Below are positions 31,131-48,200 of a stretch of DNA of 64,000 nt, in pieces. The position numbers and the translations under genes were made by a program. The stretch comes from the human T2T-CHM13v2.0 reference genome, Homo sapiens, in assembly GCA_009914755.4 (NCBI GenBank), contig CP068257.2, forward strand, positions 12,960,001 to 13,024,000. The letters run 5' to 3'. The notes under the pieces were generated by a model, which saw only the letters and a program-made list of their open reading frames with translations, had not been told where the DNA came from and did no database searches. Positions within the stretch are counted from its first letter, which is position 1. Each line of letters opens with the position of its first letter.

Positions 31131-31383
31131 TTTATTATTATTATTATTATTATACTTCAAGTTCTAGGGTACATGTGCACAACGTTGTATACATGTGCCA
31201 TGTTGGTTTGCTGCACCCATCAGCTCATCATTTACATTTGGTATTTCTCCTAATGCTATCCCTCCCCCAGTCCCCCACCCCACAACAGGCCCTGGTGTGT
31301 GATGTTCCCTGCCCTGTGTCCAAGTGTTCTCATTGTTTAATTCCCACCTATGAGTGAGAACATGCAGTGTTTTGGATTTCTGC
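31131..31383 (-). mobile_element. Extreme 3' end (~230 bp) of an L1PA-type element with an (AAT)n tail, on the minus strand
   Basis: (att)n then tatacttcaagttctagggtacatgtgcacaacgttgtatacatgtgccatgttggtttgctgcaccca...ctcccccagtcccccaccccacaacaggccctggtgtgtgatgttccctgccctgtgtccaagtgttctcattgtttaattcccacctatgagtgagaacatgcagtgtttt. This is the reverse complement of the L1 3'UTR. Confidence 0.9.
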
Positions 31384-31869
31384 AAGAGACATAAATTTTT
31401 ATTCATATTCTATTGCTCAGAAAACTTAGGGTCAGAGAAATTCAATCACATTCCCAAAGACACCGTTCCCAGTCTGAGAGCAGAAATAAAATGTAAGTCT
31501 ATTCACCCATCTCAAGTTCTTTTCACTGTGTTCTCTAGATATCAGAACATATTTAGCACATGTATTATAAGGTTGGGTTATTTTTCCTACCATCGTTCCC
31601 TCTTCCTCACTTCTCATCTCCCAAAAAGACACTCTTCTAATCAACCCCTCTTAATCTCTCTCACTCTTGTGTACACGTGCATGCACATAACTCCTCACCC
31701 CACTGCCACCGCACACACTTGTGGCAGAGAGACCAAAAAACAGGACTACTACTTGGGATCCAGAACTCCAGCCTAGACTCCATCTGTCACTGCAGTCAAG
31801 TCACTAATCTCATCTTCCTCATTGGTAAATGGATGTGTTTCCTATAATTTTATCTCTAAGGATATAACT

Positions 31870-32220
<351 letters not shown>

Positions 32221-32460
32221 TTATACTTTAACATCTGTGCTCTTTCAAAAAGTTTATAACTAATTGCCTATCATCAAACATTTTTATACTTTAACATCTA
32301 TACTTCCCTAAGTGAAGAGGAGAATTGATATTATCTGGTTACTTTTATGCCTCTGCGCCATCAGCAATTTCAAGCCTTCAATCCTACCTTGTCCAATATG
32401 GCAGCCATCCATAGTCTCAAGTGGCTATTGAGTGCTTAATATGTGGCTGATACAACTTAG

Positions 32461-32510
32461 GAAGTGAATTTTAATTTAATTTAATTTTAATTTTAATTTA
32501 AAACCAAAGG
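32461..32510. repeat. (TTTAA)/(AATTT)n simple repeat
   Basis: gtgaattttaatttaatttaattttaattttaatttaaaacc. Confidence 0.85.
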
Positions 32511-34529
32511 TGAGATTTTTTTTGCTGGGACTGATTGCACTTAAACCATTGAAGTTTCAGCATCGAACTGAAATGTGCTCTTAACTATAAAATACACATC
32601 AGATTTCAAAGTGTTAGTTTAGAAACAAGCATACAAAAATCTCATTAATTTTATACTGATTACATGTTGAAATGATAATACTTTAGCTATATTGGCTTAA
32701 TTCAATATGTTATTAAAATTAATTTAACCTGTCTCTCTTTTTAAAACAGTTTATTTTGACAACTAGAATAACTAAAATGTGTGAGTCACGTTATATTTCT
32801 AATGGACAGGACTGCTGTAATTGTCTTTTAGCAATGTAATAGGTCCAAGATGGGGTTTGGGTATCTGTTTGTCTTCAGGTAATCCTTCAATTCAGCTGCT
32901 ATTGAGAATGACTGCCAGAAGTTGCAGCAAAGATTTTGTGTATCAACTCCCTTGTGATTTATTCTCTAAAATAATGTGATTGAATAATCTTGCTTGTTTT
33001 GGTCATCAGTCTGTATCTTAACTGAAAAAAAAAAGGTCTTAATCTATTAACAGTTTACAGGACCCAAGTATTGCAGAGGGGTTGTTATATCCAACTCATT
33101 TTAAATGTTACCATAAAGCTGTGCCTGGGGCCGGCTTAACACAAATTATATTCTCTAGAGACAAAAGATAGCCACCTTCTGAAAGCCAGCCATCCTTCAC
33201 GTACACTGCAAAGGAGTTCCAGTGGTGAGATGGCACTGTTTGTGTGTGTGTGTGTTTTGGTTTGAGTGTAGTGACACCAATTATGATAAGGATTAAAGAT
33301 CCTGGGAGGGGAGAGTGGTGGACATAGTAGACTTCCCCTTAACATTCCCCCACCTACCTTCTGGTGTGTCTTTCTCTTTGCAAAAACCAGAAGACTAAAA
33401 ACCACATTATATACATTCCCGCAAAGCTTGGATAGCAGATATGATTTAGACTTGGCAGATTATACGAATCCTTGTGAAATTTGGAAAGTGGGATGTGAAA
33501 GTGGAGGCCACATCCGGTAGCCATGTTAAAGGAAATGAGCAAAATTTCCTTTTTACCTAAAATATATCAAATATTATCACTTCATCAAATCATCATTACA
33601 AAATTATTAATAACCTATGTTTTACTCATTTTTTATATGAAGTCTGTAAAACATATTATATATTTTACACTTATTGTCCATCTGCATTTGGACTAGTCAC
33701 TTTTCAAGTACTCAATTGCCACCTGTGGTTGTACAGTGTAGCTCTAGGGCAGGGGTTAGCAAACTTTTTCTGTGAAAATCAGATAGAAATATTTTAGGTT
33801 TGTGAGACACAGTTTCTATTGCATTCTACTGTCTCCTTTATTTTTGTTTCTGTTTTTAAATATACTTTTAAAAATATAAAAGCTATTTTTAGCTCGTGCA
33901 TGATACAATTACGGGCTGCCTAAGGCTATGATTTTCAGTCCCTACTGTAGAGTGAAAATCAGCCCTTCTGAGCGTTCTCTAACTTCTATGCTAAATCCTG
34001 CCTGCTTCTAGTAGCAAGAGTAGATTCTGTTTTCCACAGTTGAATTTGGCAAATTTATACGGAACATTATTCACCTTGTTCTACAGTGTAAGGAAATAGA
34101 GACTGCAAGACTTGAAGCAACTTTCCAAGGTCATATAGCTTCTAAGTGACAGAGCTAGAAAGAGAATCCACAACTGCTCAAATCCAAAGCTGACAATTTT
34201 ATCCGCTGCATCATTGGCTCTCCATTATTATTAAGACTTTCTTTAGCTTGAGTAATGAACCTTCACTGATCCATTTATTTAGCTGACAAATATTTATTGA
34301 ATGACCACTATGCAGAAGATATGAATAATAGGAACAATGCCTTTGACCCACATTTAAGCACATTTTTTAAAAGGCTCAAGTTTTCTATTAATTTATGAGA
34401 TACAAAATGAAGTGGAAAATTGACAATTATTTGCTTACTTCAGTCAATATAGACAGCAAGTCAGATAATTCAGGCTTGATCCAGTTAGCCCCAAATTGGC
34501 AGAGATACAAACATTTTATGTTCTCTGTC

Positions 34530-34920
34530 TTAATCTGTTTTGTGTTGCTGTAACAGAATACCTGAGACTGGGTAATTTATAGCAAACAGGAATTTACTGG
34601 CTCACAGTTCTGGAAGCTGAGAAGTCCAAGACAGAGGGGCCACATCTCGTGAGGACCTTCTTCCTGTGTCACTCCATGGCAGAAAGCAAAAGGGCAAAAG
34701 AGGGCAAAACAAAGAAAACAAGAGAGGGCCAAACTTGGCTTTTATAACAAACCCACTCTTGATTACAAACTCACTCTCATGATAACGACATTAATCCATT
34801 TGTAAGATTAGAGCTTTCATGATCTATTAATCTCTTCTTAAAAGTCCCACCTGTCAATATGATTGCACTGGGGATTAAATTTCCAACACATGAACTTTAG
34901 GAGAGACATCCAAACCATAG
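34530..34920 (+). mobile_element. MaLR LTR, MLT1-like (ancient ERVL-MaLR solo LTR)
   Basis: ttgtgttgctgtaacagaatacctgagactgggtaatttatagcaaacaggaatttactggctcacagttctggaagctgagaagtccaagacagaggggcc...tgtgtcactccatggcagaaagc...tttataacaaacccactcttgat...taatccatttgtaagattagagc...cacctgtcaatatgattgcactggggattaaatttccaacacatgaactttaggagagacatccaaacca matches the recalled MLT1 consensus pattern. Confidence 0.5.
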
Positions 34921-37107
34921 CATTCTCACTCTTTTTCTAATTCAAATACTTTGTGAGCTTCAGACATAAGGAGATACTAAAATAGATACAGAATCAAGCA
35001 GTTACAGGCTACATTTAAAATAACATTATGGAGTGATCAGTCCTTAGGCTAATATGTTAGTTTTTTTTTCAGCGCATTTACTTAGCCGCATGCTTGTTCA
35101 CTCCCGCTAGTTTTTGGCCGTTGTCCTCCAATACTTTATGCCTTTCCTAATATACTGCAAGTGGATCACCTATTATTTCTCTTTTAAACATTTAATAATG
35201 TCCTATATCTTAAATTGGTTTCTCTTTGGACGAGCTATCCATTATCAACCTTCCTGAAAGTGCAATTAAAATACAAACTAGGCATTTACGATGATGTATG
35301 ATATTCTTCATTTAAAACCCCCAAATAAACCTCTTTCTGTTCAATGCCTCTACCCCATAATTATACATATGAACTACACTGGATCATCTCCTTTGAGAAT
35401 ATTGATGATCTTATGTTCATCTATGGAACTCCCACTATGTTCAAAGCAGTGATATCCAAAGGGTGAAATTCCTAGTAAGTATGAATAAATAATATATTTC
35501 ATAAGGGAAGCCAAAAGCCAAGGATTCTTCTCTCATTTTGATTTTCCTTTTTCAATTCATGTGGCAACTGACATTATTTTTATTATGGGCTATAGTTTCC
35601 TCCGTAACAAATAGTTGTATTGTCAGTTTGGTTCTAGAGATTTTGGGAGTAACTCTCTTCTCTGGAAAGGTTACAAATACCCGGATTGAGGACTGGAAGC
35701 TTGAGCCATAACTCCATTAGCTTTCAGAGTATTTCAGGGTGATTTCAGAGTATTTCTGAGGAACCAGTCCAAATGGAATAATATTTTTTTCTGGTACTGT
35801 TAAGTCTGGTCCGAAACTTTTTTTCCTTACATCAAGATGGGGGAAGGAAGTGCCAATACCAGGAGAAAAAGAAAAAAATCTATTCTTCAAAAGCTGAGAA
35901 AGAAATATAGGAAAGCTCCAAACCATTAACTGGGGATACTAAGAAAGCAGGTACTTAAAATACCTTGATTTAATTATTTAAAAAATTAACTTTATTCATC
36001 TAAGCTGTGAAATAATTTTCATTCGGAATATAATAAGTATTAATAATACTTTGATGGGAATGACATAATTCAACAACTAAAAAGTGAAATTGAGGGTTGA
36101 ACTGACTTTTCAGTATGCCTGTATACATACATACATGTTTGTATGTATACATATATTTTTAATTAAATGCTGAGAAATTACAGAGAAAGACAGAGCTATA
36201 GCAATTTAAATCATGTTTTTATCATTCTCGTCTTCTTTTGCAATATAAATGAAGTTTGAAAAAATTTTAGTCGACTAGTTGGCCATGAAATGGTTTGGTT
36301 TTTATGCATATTTACTTAAATGTGTGAGACATTTAAGAAAATATCTTCAGGCTCTTCAGCCTATTCAATTTTTCTTTTTAATTGTGGGGTGAAAATGCTT
36401 ATGAACAATTTGCATTGTCAATTGACAGCCTCCATGTGAATGGTTTATATCTCTCACACTAATATGTGCAAAATATTATTGCCCCCTCTTATGCATATCT
36501 AGCAACACCAACATCTTAGAGACATTAAAAAAGGTGTAAAGGTAAGGGAAGAGTTTCCACTGCATTGAAAAATATTTTTGTATTATTTTTATGTTACTGA
36601 GACTTATTATTAAACTTGCTTTCTAACATTGCTTTCTAATTGCTCCAAGCTTTCAAAAAACCAAAACTTTGAAAGCTATGATAATAAGCCATTTTTAATG
36701 CACCCAAAGAACAAAATAGGTATATGTGAAGGTAAGCGCAAAACTTAAAAGTAATTTGTTGTTACCCTTTCTCTAAAGCACAAAAGATCTGAGTTTGTAT
36801 CCTGGTGCATCCTCTCTTTGAGTGGGCAAGTTATTTAACCTTTTCAACATTTCTAAATCTCTCTAAAATTGTTGTGAGAATAAACATAAATAATTTCATG
36901 TATACATCTATTACCTTACAAAAATAAGGCACTGAATAAATGATCATTATTATTTTTTGTGTTATCAGGAAAAGTGTGATTTTAAGAACAGGAAGTGGCA
37001 TCTAAATCTGTAAGTATATGGAAGTTCTTTATCTGTAGTAGACATAGGCTGGTTTATATTGTCCTAAGCCACAACAAAAGTAAAAGAAGTTTATATGTAT
37101 TAAATTA

Positions 37108-37521
37108 TAGTTGACCCTTTAACAACATGGAGGTTAGGGTTGCTGACACCCCATGTAGTCCAAAATTTTCATATAACTTTTGACTCCCTAAAAACTTTAC
37201 TAATAGTCTACTATTGACTGGAAGACTTACTGATAACATAAATAGTCAATCGATACACATGTTGTATGTTATATGTATTATATACTGTGTTCTTACAAGT
37301 AAGTAAGCTAGAGAAAAGAAAATGTTAATAAGAACATGAGCAAGAGAAAATACATTTATTATTCAGTAAGTGGAAGTGGATCATCATAAAGGTCTTTATT
37401 CCTGTCATCTTCACATTGAGTAGGCTGAGGAGGACGAGGAATAGGAGCAGTTGTGGCGAAAGAAAATCTGTGTATAAGTGGACCTGCACAGCTTGAACCC
37501 ATGTTGTTCAAGGGTTGACTG
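37108..37521. mobile_element. Non-autonomous Tc1/mariner (Tigger-type) DNA transposon, about 414 bp, with ~24-bp terminal inverted repeats and TA target-site duplications
   Basis: Left end TA|tagttgaccctttaacaacatggaggttagggt. Right end ...gcttgaacccatgttgttcaagggttgactg|TA. The reverse complement of the right end, cagtcaacccttgaacaacatggg, matches the left end at about 20 of 24 bases. The internal ...ctgtgtataagtggacctgcacagcttgaaccc resembles the Tigger terminal region. Confidence 0.55.
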
Positions 37522-40500
37522 TATTTTAAAGACAGATCAATTGCACAAGAGTTAGAATAGCCAGCACTGTTAAACAGGGACAGGTACAATTTTGTATAAT
37601 GCAGAGAACTCTATCTCTAGTAATTTTAAAGATAATTCACAGAACAATTTGCATTTGCCAGTTTGTAACACTTACCTTTTACAAATGATGGTGTGTATCC
37701 ATAAATTCAGGAAACAGTTTATTACAGTGGTTAGAGCATAAACTTTGAAAGCAGCCAGTGATGTGTCAGAATCAGCACTTGAGATAATTATTAACTAAAT
37801 ATTCAGATACTGCAAACCTGTAGTTAAACTATGGGTAGCTTGAAATTGGCCATGGTGGAGCATTTACACTGTGGAAATTGACAAACGCATAAATCTAGGT
37901 CTCCCTCACAACCACCACCTGATTTGCCAGAAACTACTGATTCAGATATGTATCTGTTTAAATGCCAACTTTAACACTTAATAGTTTATAGCCTTTAGTA
38001 TCTTATCTTGCCTTTCTTTCTCGCAACTTCCAAATCTAGAAAATGATATAATTATTTATAGTCATAAGGTTGCTTTGAGGATTGTGTTAACTTATATAAT
38101 CATCTAGTGCACATTCAATAAATGGTGGTTCATATTAATAAGCCAAAATCATAAAAAAGACAACAAGAAAGAGAAAAGCAGAAACTAAAGGAAAAGGAAT
38201 AACTTTCTGAGAACAGTGAATTTTTGCTGTATTAATAAGTATCATTAGGCAAGAGATTCTAGAACTATAATAGAGAAAAAAAAATCCACTCCAGTCAATG
38301 CTTCACTCACCACGAAGAGATTGTTTGGTGTTTGTTCACTCTCTCCAAAGGGTGGGATAGGAGAATCAGTTCTACTAGACATGTTTTCTTGGTTAGCTTG
38401 TTGCTCTGGGATTGGCTCATATAAGCTATCCATAGAGCCCTCCTGCAATACAGAGATTTATGAGTCAAGGAATAACAGAATAATAATTTTCCTTTAAAAG
38501 GTACCTAATTTATACACCCACCTTTATATAGTACTTTATTTAAATTATCCTGGGCATAGGGATTAAGAGTTTACAGTATGCTAACTTTCAACAGTGAACA
38601 ATACAGTAAAGCCAGGAATTATTACACAGCCAGGAATTACTATTACCACCATTATTACAGAGCCAAGAATTTAAACAAGAGTTTAAGTGTTGCAGAGGCA
38701 GGCACACAATGAGGGAATTCCTCAAGAGGTATGTTGAAGACATTAAGCTCAAAAAACTAAATAAATGCCTTTTGAGACACCAATAAACTGTGTTGGTTAC
38801 AGATTTGAGTTACATGTATGTCTCTAATTGGTACCACCTCCCTTTATAAGAAATACAGTCTGCTCTACTTAGCTTTCTCAACTGTAAAGTAGCAGTTTCA
38901 ATGGCAGAGGAGGCGAAGTAAGATGGCAGAATAGAAAGCTCCACTGATCGTTTCTCCACAATAAGGACACCAAGTTAACAACTATCTACACAGAAAAACA
39001 ACACCCTCATAAGAATCAAAATTCAGGTGAGCACTCATAGTACCTGGTTTTAACATCAAATCACTAAAAGAGGCACTGAAGAGATAGAAAAAACAGTCCC
39101 GAATCTCCGACGCCACTCCTCCCCTACCGTGGCACCTGCGGCCTGGTGTGGAGAGCATCTCTGGGATCTGGGGAAGGGAGAACACAGCCATCGTGCGGCA
39201 TTGAACTTAGTGCTGTCCTGTTAGAGAAGAAAGAAAACCCAGACCAAACTCAGCTGATGCCCAGCCATAGAGGGAGCATTTAAACGAGCCCTGGCCAGAA
39301 GGGAATCTCTGATCCCAATGGTCCAAGGTTGAGTGCCTGCAAACCTTGCCGCCCAGGGCTGCAGCACTCTGTGTCTCCAGTAAACTTGAAAGGCAGTCTA
39401 GAACACAAGGACTGCAACTCCTATGTGTGTCTCAGTGTGAACTAAGCCCAGAGACAGTAGACTGAGGGGGCATGTAACACACTGAGACACCGGTTGGGGC
39501 AGCCAAGGGAGTGCAGGCATCACCCTGCCCCTAACCCTAGGCTGCATATCTTGAGGCTCCAAAAGAGACCCCTTCCTTCTGCTTGAGGAGAGACGGAAGT
39601 GTAGGGAGGCCTTTGTCTTGCATCGAGGGTACCAGCTCAGCCATAGCATAATAGGGCACTGATAAGAGTCATGAGGTACCCCCCTTCCGGGCCCTAGCTC
39701 CCAGATGACATTTCTAGGCAACCTTGGGCCAGAAGGAAACCGCTGCCCTGAAGGAAAGGGTTCAGTCCTGGCAGTATTCATTACCTGCTAACCGAAGAGC
39801 CCTTGGGCCCTGAATAGCCAGCAGTGATACCCAGGTACTACATCAAGGGCCTTGGGAAAGCCTCTGAGACTTAGTGGCTTTAGATGAGACTCAGCACATT
39901 ACTAGCTGTGGTGGCTACAGAGGAAAACTTCTGTTTGAGAAAAGCAGAGGGAAATGCAAAGGGGACTTTATCTTGCACTTTAGGTACCAGCACAGCCACA
40001 TGGGGGTAGAGCACTGACTGGGCTCTTGTAATCTCTTATTCCAGGACTGTATGCTTGGATGGCATTTCTGGACATGCCCTGGGCCAGAGGGGAGTCCAGT
40101 GCCCTGCAGGGTAAATCCCAGGCCAGGTAGCATTCACAAAAAGCTGACTTAAGAGACCTTGGGCCTTAAGAGAGCATCTGTGGTAGTCTAGCAGTACTCC
40201 TTGTACCTAGGGTGGTATGGCTACAGAGTGAGGCTCCTCTGTCTTTAAAAACTGGAGAGAAGAGTGGGAAGGCTGGTGTGGTTTGAGTGCCAGCTCAGCT
40301 GTAATACAATAACACCAGGTAGACTTCTAATGTTTTAGACTCTAATCCCTGACTCCTGGACTGCACTTCTGGACTCACCCAGGGCCTGGGGGCCTTCAGT
40401 GCCCTGAAGGGAAGCACAGAGGCATGACAGGATTTGCCACCTGCTGACTGTAGAGCCTGAGCGCTTTGAGTGAACACAGGCAGTAGCCAGGGAGTGGTTA

Positions 40501-42491
40501 CAGCAGGCCTTGGGCAAGACCCAGTGTTGTGCTGGCTTCAGGTCTGACCCAGCACAGTCACAGCAGTGGTAGCCACAGGGGTGCCAGTGTCATTCCACTT
40601 CCAGCTTTCAGTAACTCATAACACAGAGAGAGACTCTGTATGTTTGGGAGAAAGTAATAAAAGAGAACAAGAGTCTCTGACTGGTCATCCAGGGAGTTCT
40701 CCCATATCTGGTCGAAAACCATCAATGAGGTACTTTGAGTCTGCAAGAACCACAGTGCTACTGGGCTTGGGATATCCCCTAAAGCAGATACAGCTTAGAT
40801 TACAAAACACAAGTCCTTTCAAATATCTGGAAAGCCTCCTCAAGAGGGACAGCTACAAATAATCCAAGACAGTGAAGACTAGAATAAATACTTAACTCCT
40901 TAATGCCCACACACCGAAGAACATCTACTAGCATCAACACCATCCAGAAAAACAGGACCTCACCAACTAAACTAAATAAGGCACCAGGGACCAATCCTGG
41001 AGAAAGAGATATGTGACCTTTCAGATAATTTGAAATAGATGTGTTGAGGAAACTCAAAAGAAATTCAAAATAACACGGATAAGGAATTCAGAATTCTATC
41101 CAATAAATTAACAAATAAACTGAAATGATTAAAAAGAATCAAGCAGAAATCCTGGAACTGAAAAATGCAATTGGCACACTGAAGAATGCATCAGAGTCCT
41201 TTAATAGCAGAATGTATAAGCAGAAGAAAGAATTAGTGAGCCTAAAGACAGCTATTTTAAAATACACAGTCAGAGGAGACAAAAGAAAAAAGAACAAAAA
41301 ACAACGTAGCGCAACTACAGGATCTAGAAAATTGCCTCAAAAGGGCAAATCTAAGAGTTATTGGCCTTAAAGAGGACGTAGATAAAGAGATAGGGATAGA
41401 AAGTTTATTCAAAAGGATAATAACAGAGAACTTCCCAAACCTAGAGAAAGATATCAGTAGCCAAGTACAAGAAGGTTATAGAACACCAAGCAGATTTAAC
41501 CCTAGGAAGACTACCTCAAGGTATTTAATAATCAAATCCCAACTATCAAGGATAAAGAAAGAATTCTAAAAGCCACAAGAGAAAAGAAACAAATAACATA
41601 CAATTGAGCGCCTATATGTCCGGCAACAGACTTTTCAGTGGAAACCTTACAGGCCAGGAGAGAGTAGCATGACATATTTAAAGTGCTTAAGGAAAATAAT
41701 TTTTACCCCAGAATAATGTATCTGGTGAAAATATCTTTCAAACATAAAGAAATAAAGACTTTCCCAGGCATACAAAAGCTGAGGGATTTCAAGAACGCCA
41801 GGTCAGTCCTATAAGAAATGCTAAAGGGAGTACTTCAATCAGAAAGAAAAGGACAGTAATGAGCAATAAATAATCACCTGAAGGTACAAAACTCACTGGT
41901 AATAGTAAGTACACAGACATATACAGAATATTATAACACTGTAACTGTGGTGTGTAAAATAATCTTAAGTAGGAAGATTAAAGAATGAACCAATGAAAGA
42001 TAATAACTACAACAGCTTTTCAAGACACTGTCAGTACAATAAGACATAAATAGAAGCAATGAAAAGTTAAAAAGCAGGGAGACAAAGTTAATGTATAGAG
42101 TTTTAATTAGTTTTCTTTTTGCTTGTTTGTTTGTGCAAATAGTGTTAAGTTGTCAGCAGGTTAAAATAATGAGTCATAATATTTGCAAACCTCATGGTAA
42201 ACTCAAACCAAAAAACATACAATGAATATACAAGAATTAAAAAGCAAGAAACTAAACCATGTCTCCAGACAAAGTCACCTTCACTAGACAAAGACAGGAA
42301 GGAGAGAAAGAAGGAAGATAAGACCATAAAACAACCCGAAAACAAGTAATAAATGGCAAGAGTAAGTCCTTAATTATCAATAATAACATTGAATGTAAAT
42401 GAACTAAAATCTCCAATCAAAAGACATAGACTGGCTGCATGAATGAAAAAACATAACCCATCAATCTGTTGCCTGCAAGAAACACACTTCA

Positions 42492-44780
<2,289 letters not shown>

Positions 44781-44796
44781 AAAGCACATACAGACT

Positions 44797-45213
<417 letters not shown>

Positions 45214-48200
45214 TCAGATAAAATAGATTTCAACACAAAATCTATAAGAAGAGACAAAGAAGGTCACTATTTAATGATAAAGGGATCAATTCAGCAAGAT
45301 GATATAAACATTTTGAATATATATATGCACCCAACACTGGAGTACTCAGGCATATAAAGGAAACATTTTTAGAGATAAAGAGGGCTAGGACCAAATACAA
45401 TAATAGCTAGAGACTTTAACATCCCATTTTCAGCTTAGAAAAGATCTTCCAGACAGAAAATCAACAAAGAAACATCAGACTGAATCTTCACTATAGAGTA
45501 AATTGATCTAATAGATATTTACAGAACATTTCAGCCAAAAGCTGCAGAATACTCATTCTTTTCCCTAGAAAGTGGATCATTCTCAAGAATACAACATATG
45601 TAAAACAAAAAAGTCTTAAAACATTAAATAAGTTGAAATAATATCAAGCATCTTCTCTTACCACAATGGAATAAAACCAGAAACTAATAAGAATAGGAAT
45701 TTTGGAAACTATACAACATGGAAATTAAACAATATGCTCCTGAGTGACCAGTGGTCAATGAAGAGATTAAGAAGGAAATTGGAAAATTTCTTGAAAGAAA
45801 TGATAACAGAAACACAACATACCAAAACCTATGGGATACACCAAAGGCAGTACTAAGAGGGAAGTTTATAGCAATAAATGACTACATCAAAAAAGATGAA
45901 TAACTGCAAATGAACAACCCAACAATGCATCCTAAGGAACTAGAAAAGTAAGAGCAAACCAAACCCCAAATTAGTAGAAGAAACAAAATAATAAAGGTCA
46001 GAGCCAAAATTAATGAAATTGAAGTTTAAAAAAATACAAAAGATTAATGACAAAAAAGGTTGTTTTTTGAAAAGTTAAACAAAGTTAACAAACTTTTAGA
46101 CAGACTGAAAAAAAGAGATAAAGCCCAAATAAATAAAATCAGAAAAGAAAAAGTAGACACTACAACTGATAATGCAGAAACTCAAAGCATCATTAGTGGC
46201 TACTATGAGCAACTATATACCAATATATTTAAAAAATCTAGAAGAAATGGATGAATTCCTAGATGCATACAACCTACCAAGATTGAACCAAGAGGAAATC
46301 CAAAACCTGAAAAGACCAATAACAAGTTACAAGATCAAAGCCATGAAAAAAGAAATCTCCCACTAAAGAAAAGCCCAGAACCTGACAGCTTCACTTCTGA
46401 ATTCTACCAAACCTTTAAAGAAGAATTAATACCAATCTTACTCAAACTATTCCAAAAAGTGGAGGAGAGGGGAATGCTTCCAAACTCATTCTATGAGGCC
46501 AATATTACTGTGATACCAAAACCAGACAAAGACACATCAAAAAAAAAAGAAGACTACAGGCCAATATTTCTGATGAATATTAATGCAAAACTCCTCAACA
46601 AAATACTACCAAACTAAATTCAACAACAATATATTAGAAAGATCATTCATCGTCCAAGTGAGATTTATCCCAGGGATGCAAAGATAGTTCAACATATTCA
46701 AATCAATCAGTATGATACATCATATCCACAGAATGAAGTTTAAAAACAATATTATTATATCAATTTATACTAAAAAATCATTTTAAAAAATTTGACATTC
46801 CTTCATGATAAAAAAATACCTAAAAAAACTGAGTCTAGAAGGAACATACCTCAACATAATAAAAGCCTTATACAATAGACCCACAGCTAGTATCATACTG
46901 ACTGGGGAAAAGATGAAAGCCTTTCCTCTAAGATCTGGAATATAACCTGGCTCACCAGTGTTATTCCACATAGTACTGGAAGTCCTAGCTAGAGAAATTA
47001 GACAAGGAAAGATATACATGGCATCCAAATTAGAAATGAAGAAGTCAAATTATACCTGTTTGCAGATGATATGATATGATTTGGAAAACCCTAAAAATTC
47101 CTCAGGAAAACTGTTAGAACTAATAAACAAATTTAGCAACGTTGCAGGATACAATTTCAACATAAAATACCAGTAGCATTTCTATGAGAACAGGCAACAA
47201 TATAAAAAAGAAATTAAAAAGTAATCCTATTTACACTAGCCACACATAAAATTAAATCCCAAAGTGAAAGATCTCTATAATAAAAGCTATAAGATATTGC
47301 TGAAATCAATTGAGGAGGACATAAAAAATTTGAAAATATTTAATGAAAAATAGTTTATGTTCACAGATTTATTGAAAAATAATATAGGTTCATGGATTGA
47401 AAGACAATTTTGTTAAAATGTCCATTCTACTCAAAGCAAACTACAGATTCAATGCAACCTCAGTAAAAATACCAGTGACATTCTTCACAGAAATGGAAAA
47501 AAAATCCTAAAATTTATATGGGACCACAAAAGACACAGAATAGCCAAAGCTATCCTAAGCAAAAAGAACAAAACTGGAGAAATCACATTACCTGACTTCA
47601 AATTAGACTACAGAGCTATAGTAACCTAAACAGAATGGTGCTGGCATAAATACAGACACACAGACCAATGTAAAAAATAGAGAACTCAGTAACAAATCAG
47701 CACACTTACAGTGAACTCATTTTTGACAAAGATGTCAAGAACACACACTGGGGAAAAGACAGTCTCTTCAATAAATAGTGCTGGAAAAACTAAATATTCA
47801 AATGCAGAAGAATGAAATTAGGCCCCCATCTATCACCATATATGTAAATAAAATCAAAATGGATTCAAGACTTAAATCTAAGACTTCAAACTATGAAACT
47901 AGAAGAAAACATTAGGGAAAATCTTCAAGACATTGGTCTGGGAAAGGATTTCTTGAGCAATTCCCCACAACTATAGGCAACCAAAGCAAAACTGAACAAA
48001 TCGTCTCGTATGTTGAAAAGCTTCCGCACAGAAAAAGATATAATCAACAAAGTGAAGAAACAACCCACAGAATGGGAGAAAACATTTGCACAATATCCAT
48101 CTGACGTGGGATTAATAACCAGAACACACATGGAACTCAAACAACTCTATAGGAAAAAGTCTAATAATCTGATCAAAAAATGGGCAAAAGAATTTGAATA

